Shown here in pieces: positions 45,272 through 55,146 of a DNA stretch of 64,000 nucleotides (positions are counted from its first letter, which is position 1; each line of letters opens with the position of its first letter). Where the stretch lies: the NCBI GenBank assembly GCA_965365435.1, contig CBDUBQ010000026.1:25641-89640 (forward strand). Reading direction: 5' to 3'. The stretch is from an uncultured Flavisolibacter sp. GTDB taxonomy: Bacteria; Bacteroidota; Bacteroidia; Chitinophagales; Chitinophagaceae. The position numbers and the translations under genes are program-made. Below the pieces are notes generated by a model. It had not been told where the DNA came from, made no database searches, and saw only the letters and a list, made by a program, of their open reading frames with translations.

Positions 45272-45739
45272 TTAGTCCAGCACTTTCACGCCTTTGGCGG
45301 CAAATTGAATGTCTTTTTCCGAACCTTTGATCTTGGCAATTTCTTCTTTCGACTTACCGGCGTCTTCGGCATAATGCTTCCGCATTTCTTCGGTGGTTTC
45401 TTTTACGGTGGCGTTGCCGTCAATCAGCACCGTTTTGCCCACAATGTTTTCCGGCAGCAAAAAAGCGTGGTCTTTGGCCCGCACCATCATGCGGGTGCCA
45501 TCTTTGCGCTCCACCTTTATCCAGCAGCCTTCGGCCTTGCACACTTCCACCACTTTGGCTTTCACCTGTCCCTCGTACTGGTTGTCAACAAGTTTTGCCG
45601 CCAGGTCATCCGGCGCAACCGGTGTTTTGTCATCGGCCACCACGCCATATACCACGCCTTTGGCAGCCGGTGTTTTTTCTTTTTGCGCTGCAGCGCCAAG
45701 GGTTACCAGCAGCAGGGTAGAGAGGAGTATTTTTTTCAT
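45272..45739 (-). CDS. DUF4920-like secreted protein
   Basis: Signal peptide. VVEVCKAEGCWIKV segment. About 155 aa. Confidence 0.55.
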   Translation of the reverse strand: MKKILLSTLLLVTLGAAAQKEKTPAAKGVVYGVVADDKTPVAPDDLAAKLVDNQYEGQVKAKVVEVCKAEGCWIKVERKDGTRMMVRAKDHAFLLPENIVGKTVLIDGNATVKETTEEMRKHYAEDAGKSKEEIAKIKGSEKDIQFAAKGVKVLD

Positions 45740-45970
45740 AGCAGAAATTGTTTAATGAACAAATATAGTTGTTGCGGCTGGAAAGAAAACTGGCTGTTGC
45801 GGCTTTAACGAAACCTGTCACCAACACTTTTCTTGGTAGGAGTTGTTGGGATTTGTGAAGACGAAAGCGTAGGTAGTAGCCGCTAGAATAATTATTTCAG
45901 TGCCAGCCAGCCGCAGTAAATGGCTACCCTTATTGCAAAGGCAACTGCATGATGACCAGGCCGAAAACGT

Positions 45971-47083
45971 TTAATTTTTCATCCCTGTTTCAACATTGTG
46001 AAAAACAGTTTTTGAAGAAACAACAAGCGGTATGGTCAGCACTTCCTGGCCAACGCTGATCTCAGCCATCTGTGTTTGTGTTTCGGCATTGTGAATGGCA
46101 ACACCGGTTTTGGTGCCATAGTAAATTTTGCCGTCCGAAAAAACCGCCGGCGTGGTGAGGTTGGCCTGGAACCAAAACTTCCGGTCGGTCAGGTCAAAGG
46201 CATTGACCCGGTCGGTGCCGCTGTACAAAAACCCGCTGGCGACAACATAGGCAGAGGAAGAAAGAAGATTATATGGCGAGGTGCCCACCACCGCTCCGGT
46301 TGCTTTGTTGAAGGCCAGCAGGGGGCCGCCATTGCCGATGTAGAGCAGGCTGTCAACCACCGGCGAGGTCCAATGGGGTGCCAATGGAAGGTTAACCTGC
46401 CAAATTTTTGTTCCGTCGCCGGCACGAAAAGCCGTCAGCTTTTTATCGAATTCTGCCAGGAAAATAACGGCATGGCCGTCGGAGGCAGGGCTAGAGTGAA
46501 TGTTGTTGGCCGAGGTGTACTGCCAGCGTTCGGCACCGGTGGCCGGGTCAAGGGCAAAAAGCGTTTTCCCGGACACACAATAAACGGTTCCGTTCAGGTG
46601 TAAAGGGTTGCTGCCACCCAGGCCTCCGTTCGGCGATTTAGTCCAGATTTTCGTGCCGCTCGCCGCATCGAAACATTCAATTACGCCAATCGAATTCACC
46701 GTTATCAGCCGGCTGCCGGCCAATACAAAGGAGTTGGTGAAGAAACTATTGCTACGGGCCTGCCAGCGAATGGTTCCATTGCCTTTCCTTACGGCATACA
46801 CGGTTGAATTGCGCCCGCCCAAAAAAACCAGGCTGTCGTTCATCACCGGGTGCGAATCCATAATAGCCGTACCGGCAAGCTTCCACACCAGGATGCCGGT
46901 TTCTTTGTAGCAATAAAGGGTGCCGGCTTTATCGCCGAAGATGAGCGACACATCGGCGCTAAGCTGCGGACCGGGTGCCGGCGTGCCCCCGTTGTTGCCT
47001 GGTAGCTCTGGTGGGCTTTCTTCTTTATGGCAGGAAAAGCTAAAAAGAAAGAGTAGGGAAAGAAGGCTGAGTAGCTGTTTCAT
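45971..47083 (-). CDS. PQQ-like beta-propeller repeat lipoprotein
   Basis: Lipobox LFSFSC. Repeated G.V/I.. ...W motifs: GTIRWQ, GTKIWT, GAERWQ, GTKIWQ. Confidence 0.75.
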   Translation of the reverse strand: MKQLLSLLSLLFLFSFSCHKEESPPELPGNNGGTPAPGPQLSADVSLIFGDKAGTLYCYKETGILVWKLAGTAIMDSHPVMNDSLVFLGGRNSTVYAVRKGNGTIRWQARSNSFFTNSFVLAGSRLITVNSIGVIECFDAASGTKIWTKSPNGGLGGSNPLHLNGTVYCVSGKTLFALDPATGAERWQYTSANNIHSSPASDGHAVIFLAEFDKKLTAFRAGDGTKIWQVNLPLAPHWTSPVVDSLLYIGNGGPLLAFNKATGAVVGTSPYNLLSSSAYVVASGFLYSGTDRVNAFDLTDRKFWFQANLTTPAVFSDGKIYYGTKTGVAIHNAETQTQMAEISVGQEVLTIPLVVSSKTVFHNVETGMKN

Positions 47084-47524
47084 ATCCGGTGTATTATGGC
47101 CTGTTCTTTATCAGCCGAAGCTGGCGTTACTGTCGTTTTCGTTAGGGTTGGTGCCTGCTACTGTTTGGCGTGGGCACGCATTGGGTTAAAGTAAAAAAGA
47201 TAGGGTACGGACACATGAGAAGAAACCTGCTTTGTGAGAGGACTTTTGTGGATGACAAAAGCCTTTGTTTTCACACGACTGCTTATGCTGCTATTGGCCA
47301 AAGCTGCGTTTTTGCCAACAGCTCAAAAACGGGTTTTTGCCCCAAACAAACCGGTGTTTTTCCCGTCAATAGCCGGGCGCCCCGTTTACCGCACTGCAAT
47401 TATGCTTGTGTATTTAATTTAATATCAGTACATTGGTTCACCGGTTAGCCGGTTTCTTCCGTTATTGAAAGCTGCTCCTTTTTAATCCCGCTCTGCTGCT
47501 TTTTTCACCGTCAAAACCATCACC

Positions 47525-49888
47525 ATGGAAGAACACTTGCTGATTTCCACAAAAACAGAAGCCGCTGCGTTGATTGAAGAAAAACGCTACCGCGAAGCCA
47601 TTGAGCAATTGTACAGCAACACCGATCCTGACCCGGGCGCCGAACACTATGCCTTGTTAGGACTAGCCAGTTTTCACCTGGAGAAATACGAAATGGCCGC
47701 CACCTATTTTCAGAAGGCCGCCGATGCCGATCCGGCCAACCCGCAATGGCAGGACCTGCTTTTGCAGGCAAAGGGCAATCAGCTTTCGGGTATTAGCGAG
47801 CCGGTGCCTGAGCCCTATCTTTTTGAGAAAGAAAAATTGCTGCGCAAACCAGAAGTGCCGGCAGGCTCTTTGCCTCCTCAACCTTTGCCGTGGCCGGCAC
47901 CGCCGTTGCTGACGCGGCTGCGCCGAAAGGCGGGCAATGCCATCGGCAGTGTTGCAACGGCTTTGATGGAAGGCATTACCCGGATTCACGGAAACCTGTT
48001 TGGCTACCAAGACCGGGTTTGGACCAATTGGTACCGAAGGCCCTTGCTGCGGGGCATTTTAACGCTGGCCTATATGCGGGAAAAGCTGAATAAAAACAAC
48101 CTCCGGACGGCTTATCCGGCCGATGCTTTGGTAGGATTTCAGGCAGCCGGGCAAACGCCTCCCGAAGGTGTGACGCATTTCCGCACGGCGGATGGTAGCT
48201 GGAACAACCTGGAAAATCCAAAAGAAGGAGCAGCCGGTACCCGCTTTGGGCGAAACGTGCAGATGGAGGTTACCCGGCCCGAAACCGAAACACTGCTGAA
48301 GCCCAATCCACGGGAAATCAGCCGCCATCTCTTAAGCCGCGAGGGTGAAATTAAGGAAGTGCCTTTCCTCAACATGCTTGCTGCCGTATGGATCCAGTTT
48401 CAAAACCACGACTGGGTCAATCATGGCGAAAATGTTTTGAACCAGCTCATAGAAGTGCCCTTGGCGCCCGATGATCCGGCACGTAAAAAATTCCGCCACA
48501 AAAGCATGTTGGTTCCCCGCACCCAGCCCGACCCCACAAGGCTGGAGAAGGGCGAACCGGCCGCTGTTTCCTTTATCAATGAAGTAACGCATTGGTGGGA
48601 TGGCTCACAAATTTACGGCAGCGACCAGGCCACCGTCAACCGCCTACGCAGTGGCATAGATGGCAAGCTGAATGTGAAGGAAGACGGTACGCTGCCGGTG
48701 GGCAAAGGCGGCGTGGAAGAAACCGGTTTTGTGCGCAACTGGTGGATTGGCCTTTCCATGCTGCACACCGTGTTCACCCGCGAGCACAATGCCATCTGCG
48801 ATCACCTGAAAGCCCATTATCCTACCTGGGATGATAATCGTTTGTTTAATGTGGCCCGCCTGATTAATGCCGCCATCATGGCCAAGATTCACTCGGTGGA
48901 ATGGACGCCGGCCATACTTGCCAACCAGGGACTCGACAACGGGCTGAATGCAAACTGGTATGGACTGCTCACGAACCTGTTTCGCTCCGGCACCCACCGC
49001 AAAACGGTGGCTGCCATCAACGTGCAAAACCCGGAGTTGGGCGGCGTGGTAGGCAATCCTATCAACAAGCACGGCGTGCCTTATTCGCTTACGCAGGAGT
49101 TTGTGGAAGTGTATCGCCTGCACTCCCTGCTTCCAGAGGCCTTGCACCTTCGCAAGGTTACCGATAAAGAAACGGTGACGAATGTTCCGTTTGTGGAAAC
49201 AAGACAGGCGGCATCGTCCAAACTGTCGGCCCGCTTTTCGTTTGCCGATCTGTTCTTTTCGTTCGGCAACCAGCATCCGGGCCAGTTGGTGCTGAACAAC
49301 TATCCCAAATTCATGCAGGAGCTGAGCATTCCGTTTAATCCTGTGTACGATATGGCGGCGGTGGATATTTTGCGTGCCCGCGAACGCGGAGTGCCCCGCT
49401 ATAATGAATTCAGGCGGCAGTTGGGACTAAACCCGATTGCTTCGTTCGAAGACCTGACGGAAGACAAAGCTGTGGTGGCGAAATTAAAGCAGGTTTACGG
49501 CAGCGAACCAGAGGCAGTGGAACAACTGGACCTGCTGGTGGGGAATCTTGCCGAAGGACACCGGCCGACCGGTTTTGGCTTTGGCGAAACCATGTTCCAG
49601 ATCTTTATTCTCAATGCCACCCGCCGCCTGCAGGCCGACCGGTTTTACACCGACTGTTACACAGAAGAATACTACACCAAAGAAGGCCTGGAATGGATTG
49701 ATCAAACCGATTTCAAAACGGTTATTCTGCGGCATTATCCCGAACTGGCCGCCACTGGTTTGGGCAATGTAAAAAATGCTTTTGAGCCCTGGGACACCGG
49801 CAAACGCCTGGACCCCGCACGGCATCCGTTGCGGGCCTGGGATAAAGCGCTGAAGGCTGATCCGTGGAAGGGCGATGCCGTGAAGTAA
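47525..49888 (+). CDS. Animal-type heme peroxidase family protein with N-terminal TPR-like region
   Basis: FRTADGSWNNLENP, distal-His region WIQFQNHDW, HWWDGSQIYGS, RARERGVPRYNEFRR and LDLLVGNLAE. Confidence 0.85.
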   Translation: MEEHLLISTKTEAAALIEEKRYREAIEQLYSNTDPDPGAEHYALLGLASFHLEKYEMAATYFQKAADADPANPQWQDLLLQAKGNQLSGISEPVPEPYLFEKEKLLRKPEVPAGSLPPQPLPWPAPPLLTRLRRKAGNAIGSVATALMEGITRIHGNLFGYQDRVWTNWYRRPLLRGILTLAYMREKLNKNNLRTAYPADALVGFQAAGQTPPEGVTHFRTADGSWNNLENPKEGAAGTRFGRNVQMEVTRPETETLLKPNPREISRHLLSREGEIKEVPFLNMLAAVWIQFQNHDWVNHGENVLNQLIEVPLAPDDPARKKFRHKSMLVPRTQPDPTRLEKGEPAAVSFINEVTHWWDGSQIYGSDQATVNRLRSGIDGKLNVKEDGTLPVGKGGVEETGFVRNWWIGLSMLHTVFTREHNAICDHLKAHYPTWDDNRLFNVARLINAAIMAKIHSVEWTPAILANQGLDNGLNANWYGLLTNLFRSGTHRKTVAAINVQNPELGGVVGNPINKHGVPYSLTQEFVEVYRLHSLLPEALHLRKVTDKETVTNVPFVETRQAASSKLSARFSFADLFFSFGNQHPGQLVLNNYPKFMQELSIPFNPVYDMAAVDILRARERGVPRYNEFRRQLGLNPIASFEDLTEDKAVVAKLKQVYGSEPEAVEQLDLLVGNLAEGHRPTGFGFGETMFQIFILNATRRLQADRFYTDCYTEEYYTKEGLEWIDQTDFKTVILRHYPELAATGLGNVKNAFEPWDTGKRLDPARHPLRAWDKALKADPWKGDAVK

Positions 49889-49923
49889 AAACAAATTTTC
49901 ACTCTTAGCAGAACAAAGCAAAC

Positions 49924-49948
49924 AGCAGGCGTAGGGCCTGCTTTTTTT
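49924..49948 (+). terminator. Rho-independent terminator
   Basis: AGCAGGC-GTAGG-GCCTGCT followed by T7. Confidence 0.8.
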
Positions 49949-50163
49949 ATCGAAACCGGCTTTGCCGGCAGGTTGGTTTAATGGCTGGTTACCCTCAAAA
50001 CACCACCTTTTCATTAACGTATTTTTAGGGCCGGCGGGGCCAAATTTTTTGCCGGGTTTTTGCTAAAATCATTAGCTTTACACCCTATTAAAAATTCAGA
50101 ATGGCCGGTGAAAAAGCCTAACTTTAAGTCACCATTCTACTCACAAAAATCAAAATCAGAAAC

Positions 50164-51165
50164 ATGTCAAACGCTGAAAAATTAAAAGCACTGAAACTGA
50201 CCATAGACAAGATTGACAAAGACTTTGGCAAGGGCAGTGTGATGATGATGAACGAACGTGGTGAGCAAACACAGGAAGTGGTATCCACCGGCTCAATTGG
50301 CCTCGATGCGGCGCTGGGAATCGGTGGTTTGCCCCGTGGCCGAGTAGTGGAAATTTATGGTCCGGAAAGCTCCGGTAAAACTACCATCGCCACGCATGTG
50401 ATTGCCGAAGCACAAAAGAAAGGTGGCATGTGTGCAATTATTGATGCCGAACACGCCTTTGACAGTGCGTATGCACAAAAGCTGGGTGTGGATATTGATA
50501 ACCTGCTGATCTCTCAGCCCGATTATGGTGAGCAGGCGCTTGAAATTGCCGACCGCCTGATTCTTTCCGGTGCGCTTGATGTGGTGGTGATTGACTCTGT
50601 GGCGGCACTGGTACCAAAAGGCGAGCTGGAAGGCGAAATGGGTGACTCGAAAATGGGTTTGCAGGCACGTTTGATGTCGCAGGCATTGCGTAAGCTTACC
50701 GCTACCATCTCCAAAACAAACACCATCTGTATTTTCATTAACCAGCTGCGGGAAAAAATCGGTGTGATGTTCGGTAACCCTGAAACCACCACCGGTGGTA
50801 ACGCCCTGAAGTTTTACGCTTCTGTTCGTCTCGATATTCGTCGTATGACACAAATCAAAGACGGTGAAGAAGCCATTGGTAACCGTGTAAAGGTAAAAGT
50901 GGTGAAGAACAAAGTGGCGCCTCCTTTCCGCACCGCCGAATTTGACCTGGTGTTTGGCGAAGGCATTTCCAAGATTGGCGAAATCCTGGACATGGGTGTG
51001 GAAATGGGCATTGTGCAGAAAAGCGGTAGCTGGTTTAGCTACGATGCCAACAAACTGGGCCAGGGCCGGGAAGGCGTGAAGCAATTGCTGAAAGACAATC
51101 CTGAGCTGGCTGGCGAACTGGAAGCAAAAATCCGTGCGAAGATTACCGATCTTCAAACAGCTTAA
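50164..51165 (+). CDS. recA: Recombinase RecA
   Basis: [13 protein letters not shown] Walker A and full-length RecA colinearity. Confidence 0.97.
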   Translation: MSNAEKLKALKLTIDKIDKDFGKGSVMMMNERGEQTQEVVSTGSIGLDAALGIGGLPRGRVVEIYGPESSGKTTIATHVIAEAQKKGGMCAIIDAEHAFDSAYAQKLGVDIDNLLISQPDYGEQALEIADRLILSGALDVVVIDSVAALVPKGELEGEMGDSKMGLQARLMSQALRKLTATISKTNTICIFINQLREKIGVMFGNPETTTGGNALKFYASVRLDIRRMTQIKDGEEAIGNRVKVKVVKNKVAPPFRTAEFDLVFGEGISKIGEILDMGVEMGIVQKSGSWFSYDANKLGQGREGVKQLLKDNPELAGELEAKIRAKITDLQTA

Positions 51166-51183
51166 CCATACGAAAAAGGTGAA

Positions 51184-51212
51184 AAAATCCCGCTTTACCG
51201 GCGGGATTTTTT
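51184..51212 (+). terminator. Rho-independent terminator of recA
   Basis: AAAATCCCGC-loop-GCGGGATTTT followed by TT. Confidence 0.8.
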
Positions 51213-51426
51213 ATGTACGGTTGTTGTTAGCGGTCTTTTTCGTTTTCATCATTGGTCTTCACCCGGTACAGGTTTGGTTTTTCAGGACTAATACATTCGT
51301 CAACGGTTCAAATCGGCACCCTTAGCCTGTTTTTTTCAGTTTCCTGGCAAATGTTTTTTTCATCAGTAAAATAGGAAACAAAGGCTTTGCCAAAAATAGT
51401 GGGCTATCCCCAACGGCCTCCCCCGT

Positions 51427-51443
51427 CCCCTCCGGTGGAGGGG
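51427..51443. repeat. GC-rich REP-like palindrome CCCCTCC-GGT-GGAGGGG
   Basis: Perfect 7-bp arms. Related copies are at 15424-15440, 16012-16026, 25867-25882 and 57969-57982. Confidence 0.6.
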
Positions 51444-51624
51444 CTCAGGTGTAAGTCACTGGTTTTTTCTGCAAGCAAGCTGTGTAGGTAGCTGGAGTGC
51501 CCTGTAAAAAAGGATTATTGCCAACAAGAACAGAGTCTTCGATCTGGACCCTGCTACCGGGAGGGGCGCGGTGGGCGGCGGAGGCCCTTGGGCCCTCGGG
51601 CCGTAAATTTGTAACTATTCAACT

Positions 51625-53655
51625 ATGGGATTTCAACTTCATGCTCCATATCAGCCGGCCGGCGACCAGCCGTCGGCCATTCGTGAACTGACAGATGGTG
51701 TGCTGCGCGGCGATAAGCACCAGGTGCTGCTGGGCGTAACGGGTTCGGGCAAAACCTTTACCATGGCCAATGTGATAAAGAATGTGCAAAAGCCCACACT
51801 GGTGCTGACGCATAACAAAACGCTGGTGGCCCAGCTTTACGGCGAATTCAAGCAGTTTTTTCCGGACAATGCGGTGGAATATTTTGTGTCGTACTACGAT
51901 TACTATCAACCCGAAGCCTACCTGCCCACCACCGACACGTACATTGAAAAAGACCTCAACATTAACGAAGAGCTGGATAAACTTCGCCTGCGGGCTACTA
52001 CCTCTTTGCTCTCAGGCCGTCGGGATATTATTGTGGTGGCCTCGGTAAGCTGCATCTACGGTATGGGCAATCCCACCGATTACGAAAGCGGCATCATTCG
52101 TATTGCCAAAGGTGATGTGCTGTCGCGGCAGGGCTTTTTACATGCGCTGGTGAACTCGCTTTACAACCGCACTTCCATTGAGTTTACCAGGGGCACTTTC
52201 CGGGTAAAGGGCGATACGGTTGACATTAACCTGCCCTATGTGGATTTTGGTTACCGGGTTACGTTTTTTGGCGATGAGATCGAAGAAATTGAAAGCATTG
52301 ATGTGCAAACAAGCAAGCGAATCGGCAAGCTTGACAACGCTGCTATTTTTCCGGCCAATTTGTATGTGGCGCCAAAGGACATGATCCAGAATGTGCTTTA
52401 CGAAATACAGGACGAAATGAATGCCCAGGTCGAATACTTTAAAAGCGTGGGCAAGTTCATTGAAGCGCAACGCCTGAAAGAACGGGTGGAATACGATCTG
52501 GAGATGATTCGTGAGCTGGGCTTTTGCAACGGCATTGAGAACTACTCCCGCTTTTTCGACCGGCGAAAACCCGGTACTAGGCCCTTTTGCCTGCTCGACT
52601 ATTTTCCGAAAGATTTTCTTTGTGTGATTGACGAAAGCCATCAGACCGTGCCGCAGGTGAGCGGTATGTACGGCGGCGACCGCAGTCGCAAGATAACGCT
52701 GGTAGATTACGGCTTCCGCCTTCCTTCTGCACTTGACAACCGGCCGCTGAATTTTCATGAGTTTGAAAACCTGATTAACCAAACGGTGTATGTGAGTGCC
52801 ACGCCGGGCGACTACGAGCTGGAGCAAACCGGTGGCGTAGTGGTAGAACAGGTGGTGCGGCCAACAGGTCTGCTGGAACCGCCCATTGACGTGCGCCCGA
52901 GTGTAAACCAGATTGACGACCTGCTGGATGAAATAGACAAGCGGGTGAAAAAAGGCGACCGGGTGCTGGTAACCACGCTCACCAAACGAATGGCCGAGGA
53001 AATGGACAAATACCTGAAGCGCATTGACATTAAAAGCCGATATATTCACAGCGATATTGATGCGCTGGAACGGGTGGAAATTTTGCGTGACCTGCGGCTG
53101 GGCAAGATTGATGTGCTGGTGGGGGTAAACCTGCTTCGCGAAGGATTGGACCTGCCCGAAGTTTCACTTGTAGCTATTCTGGATGCCGATAAAGAAGGTT
53201 TTCTTCGCAATGAACGGTCGCTGACGCAAACCGCCGGCCGCGCTGCCCGCAATGTCGAAGGGCTGGTTATTTTTTATGCCGATAAGATGACCGAAAGCAT
53301 GCAGCGTACTATTGACGAAACGGCCCGCCGTCGCGAAAAGCAGGTTGCCTATAACTTGCAGCACGGCATTACACCTACCACGGTAAAAAAATCGGTTGAC
53401 CAGATTATGCGGCAAACAGCGGTGCTCGATATCAAGGGGTATGATCCGGACTCACCGTATGCCGTAGACGAAATTCCAGTGAGTAAAGCGGCCGAGGACG
53501 AAGCGGAATACGCCACCATTCCGCAGGTGGAGAAAAAGATTGCCGCCACCAAAAAAGAAATGGAAAAAGCCGCAAGGGATATGGACTTTATGGAAGCGGC
53601 AAGGCTGCGTGACGAAATGTTTTCGCTGCAAAAAAAGCTGGAAGGGATGAAGTGA
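51625..53655 (+). CDS. uvrB: Excinuclease ABC subunit B
   Basis: [10 protein letters not shown], the helicase motifs, and a C-terminal UVR domain ([13 protein letters not shown]). Confidence 0.97.
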   Translation: MGFQLHAPYQPAGDQPSAIRELTDGVLRGDKHQVLLGVTGSGKTFTMANVIKNVQKPTLVLTHNKTLVAQLYGEFKQFFPDNAVEYFVSYYDYYQPEAYLPTTDTYIEKDLNINEELDKLRLRATTSLLSGRRDIIVVASVSCIYGMGNPTDYESGIIRIAKGDVLSRQGFLHALVNSLYNRTSIEFTRGTFRVKGDTVDINLPYVDFGYRVTFFGDEIEEIESIDVQTSKRIGKLDNAAIFPANLYVAPKDMIQNVLYEIQDEMNAQVEYFKSVGKFIEAQRLKERVEYDLEMIRELGFCNGIENYSRFFDRRKPGTRPFCLLDYFPKDFLCVIDESHQTVPQVSGMYGGDRSRKITLVDYGFRLPSALDNRPLNFHEFENLINQTVYVSATPGDYELEQTGGVVVEQVVRPTGLLEPPIDVRPSVNQIDDLLDEIDKRVKKGDRVLVTTLTKRMAEEMDKYLKRIDIKSRYIHSDIDALERVEILRDLRLGKIDVLVGVNLLREGLDLPEVSLVAILDADKEGFLRNERSLTQTAGRAARNVEGLVIFYADKMTESMQRTIDETARRREKQVAYNLQHGITPTTVKKSVDQIMRQTAVLDIKGYDPDSPYAVDEIPVSKAAEDEAEYATIPQVEKKIAATKKEMEKAARDMDFMEAARLRDEMFSLQKKLEGMK

Positions 53656-53828
53656 TAAGGATAAACCTGGCGCCGCCCGCTCAACAGAATTTTCCCTTCC
53701 GGCCGGCGGTAAGCAGCCATCCCGATGGGTCGGTTTTGTCCGATATGTTTTCTTTAAACTTCAGCAGCGCCGATTCCCGTACTTTAGAATTTTTAAACCA
53801 AACATTACGCTAATTAAATTTCATCTGC

Positions 53829-54398
53829 ATGGTAAAATTTGCCTTGTGTTTCCTGCTTGTGTGCCTTCTTGGCTGTGCTGCCGACAGCAACCAGTCGGCC
53901 GACATGTATTTTGAGCTAAACGAAAAACTGGTGGACAAAAAAATCAGCGACTCGGCGCTGAACATCCGCTATCAGTTGCCTTCTGCCTGGACGGACCTGA
54001 CAGGCGACAGCAGCATTCAGGATAAATTAAAAGAAGCAAGCCTGAAAAAGATCGCCGTGAAAAACATCGTGTCGTCCGCCGACGGGGCCTCGCTGCTGGC
54101 TATCCTTGATATACGCCAGGTGGCAAAAGAAGACCTGCAACGCCTGAAGGCAAATTATAGCAAAGAGCTGAACAGCCAGGGACAGTGGTCGGCCGTGAAG
54201 CTTGACAGTTTTGCAAAAGACGGATTTGATGTGCTGCAGTTTGTGATGGCAAACAAGCAGGCAACGCAATTTCAGCTATTGTTTTTTAAAAAAGAAGAGC
54301 CCCGGATGGCCCTGAACTTTTTCACGGCAATTGACAGCAGCTATCAGCGAAAAACAAAAATTTTCGAATCCATAATCGCGTCAATTAAGTCATTATGA
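53829..54398 (+). CDS. Lipoprotein, unknown function
   Basis: MVKFALCFLLVCLLGC lipobox. 189-aa ORF. Confidence 0.55.
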   Translation: MVKFALCFLLVCLLGCAADSNQSADMYFELNEKLVDKKISDSALNIRYQLPSAWTDLTGDSSIQDKLKEASLKKIAVKNIVSSADGASLLAILDIRQVAKEDLQRLKANYSKELNSQGQWSAVKLDSFAKDGFDVLQFVMANKQATQFQLLFFKKEEPRMALNFFTAIDSSYQRKTKIFESIIASIKSL

Positions 54399-54425
54399 TT
54401 ATTTTAGTTTTCTAAATGTAAACGA

Positions 54426-54713
54426 ATGAAAAGAAAATTACTAAGCATTGCAGTAGCCTGCTTTATGCTTGCCTCTTGTTACACGCATGTACACACAGTT
54501 GGCAGTGGCGGAAGCGGTGGTGAAAAAGTAGAAAAAAGGGCCTGGTATATCTTGTGGGGTATCGTTCCGCTCAACCAGTTCGACACAAAAGAACTGGCCG
54601 GAAACGCCACTAACTACACCGTGAAAACGTCTATGACGCCGTTGGATTTTGTGATCAACATTTTTACAGGCATCATCACCGTGGGTTCTCGCACGGTGGA
54701 AGTTCAGAAATAA
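54426..54713 (+). CDS. Bor/Iss-like small lipoprotein
   Basis: Lipobox MLASC. WYILWGIVPLN ... VKT ... FTGIITVGSRTVEV resembles the Bor family pattern. Confidence 0.55.
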   Translation: MKRKLLSIAVACFMLASCYTHVHTVGSGGSGGEKVEKRAWYILWGIVPLNQFDTKELAGNATNYTVKTSMTPLDFVINIFTGIITVGSRTVEVQK

Positions 54714-54728
54714 TGTTTTTAACGAAAA

Positions 54729-54769
54729 GTGGGTTGACCGGCATTTGCCGGTCAACCCACTTTCTTTTT
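54729..54769 (+). terminator. Rho-independent terminator
   Basis: GTGGGTTGACCGGC-ATTT-GCCGGTCAACCCAC followed by TTTCTTTTT. Confidence 0.85.
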
Positions 54770-54837
54770 ATAAAATCGGCCGAAAGATTGCATTTCCGCC
54801 GCCGGAAGATTACTTTCGTTTTCTTAATCCGTATTGT

Positions 54838-55035
54838 ATGAAGAAAAACGCCAACCGGCTTCTTTATGTCTTTTCGTTTTCACTCTTGTTTACAGCACTG
54901 TATTTAAACTTTTTCCAAAAGGATAAAAGCGAAACCGCTGCCTTAAAACCTGGTACAAACATGGAGCAGTCCGCTTCCGCTTCTGGTACCGGTAGTGCCG
55001 TTGCCCAACCTGAAAACCCCACGGTGTTGAAGTAA
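54838..55035 (+). CDS. Small membrane-anchored hypothetical protein (65 aa)
   Basis: MKKNANRLLYVFSFSLLFTALYLNFF. Weak support (ORF only). Confidence 0.35.
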   Translation: MKKNANRLLYVFSFSLLFTALYLNFFQKDKSETAALKPGTNMEQSASASGTGSAVAQPENPTVLK

Positions 55036-55146
55036 TCTATTGCATCATAGATTGCCTTAAACTATCGAACAGCAAATCCTGCTGCGTGGCGGGATTTGCT
55101 TTTGCATTTTCTGCAAAAAACTTTTCATAGCCTACCTTCGTAAGCT

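Noticed and set aside
51290-51320. tRNA-like T-arm string GGTTCAAATCGG, and other searches for tRNA, rRNA, tmRNA, RNase P and SRP RNA
   Set aside because: No acceptor stem or anticodon arm context surrounds the string. I found no conserved ncRNA signature by eye anywhere in the window. Only a covariance-model scan could settle this.
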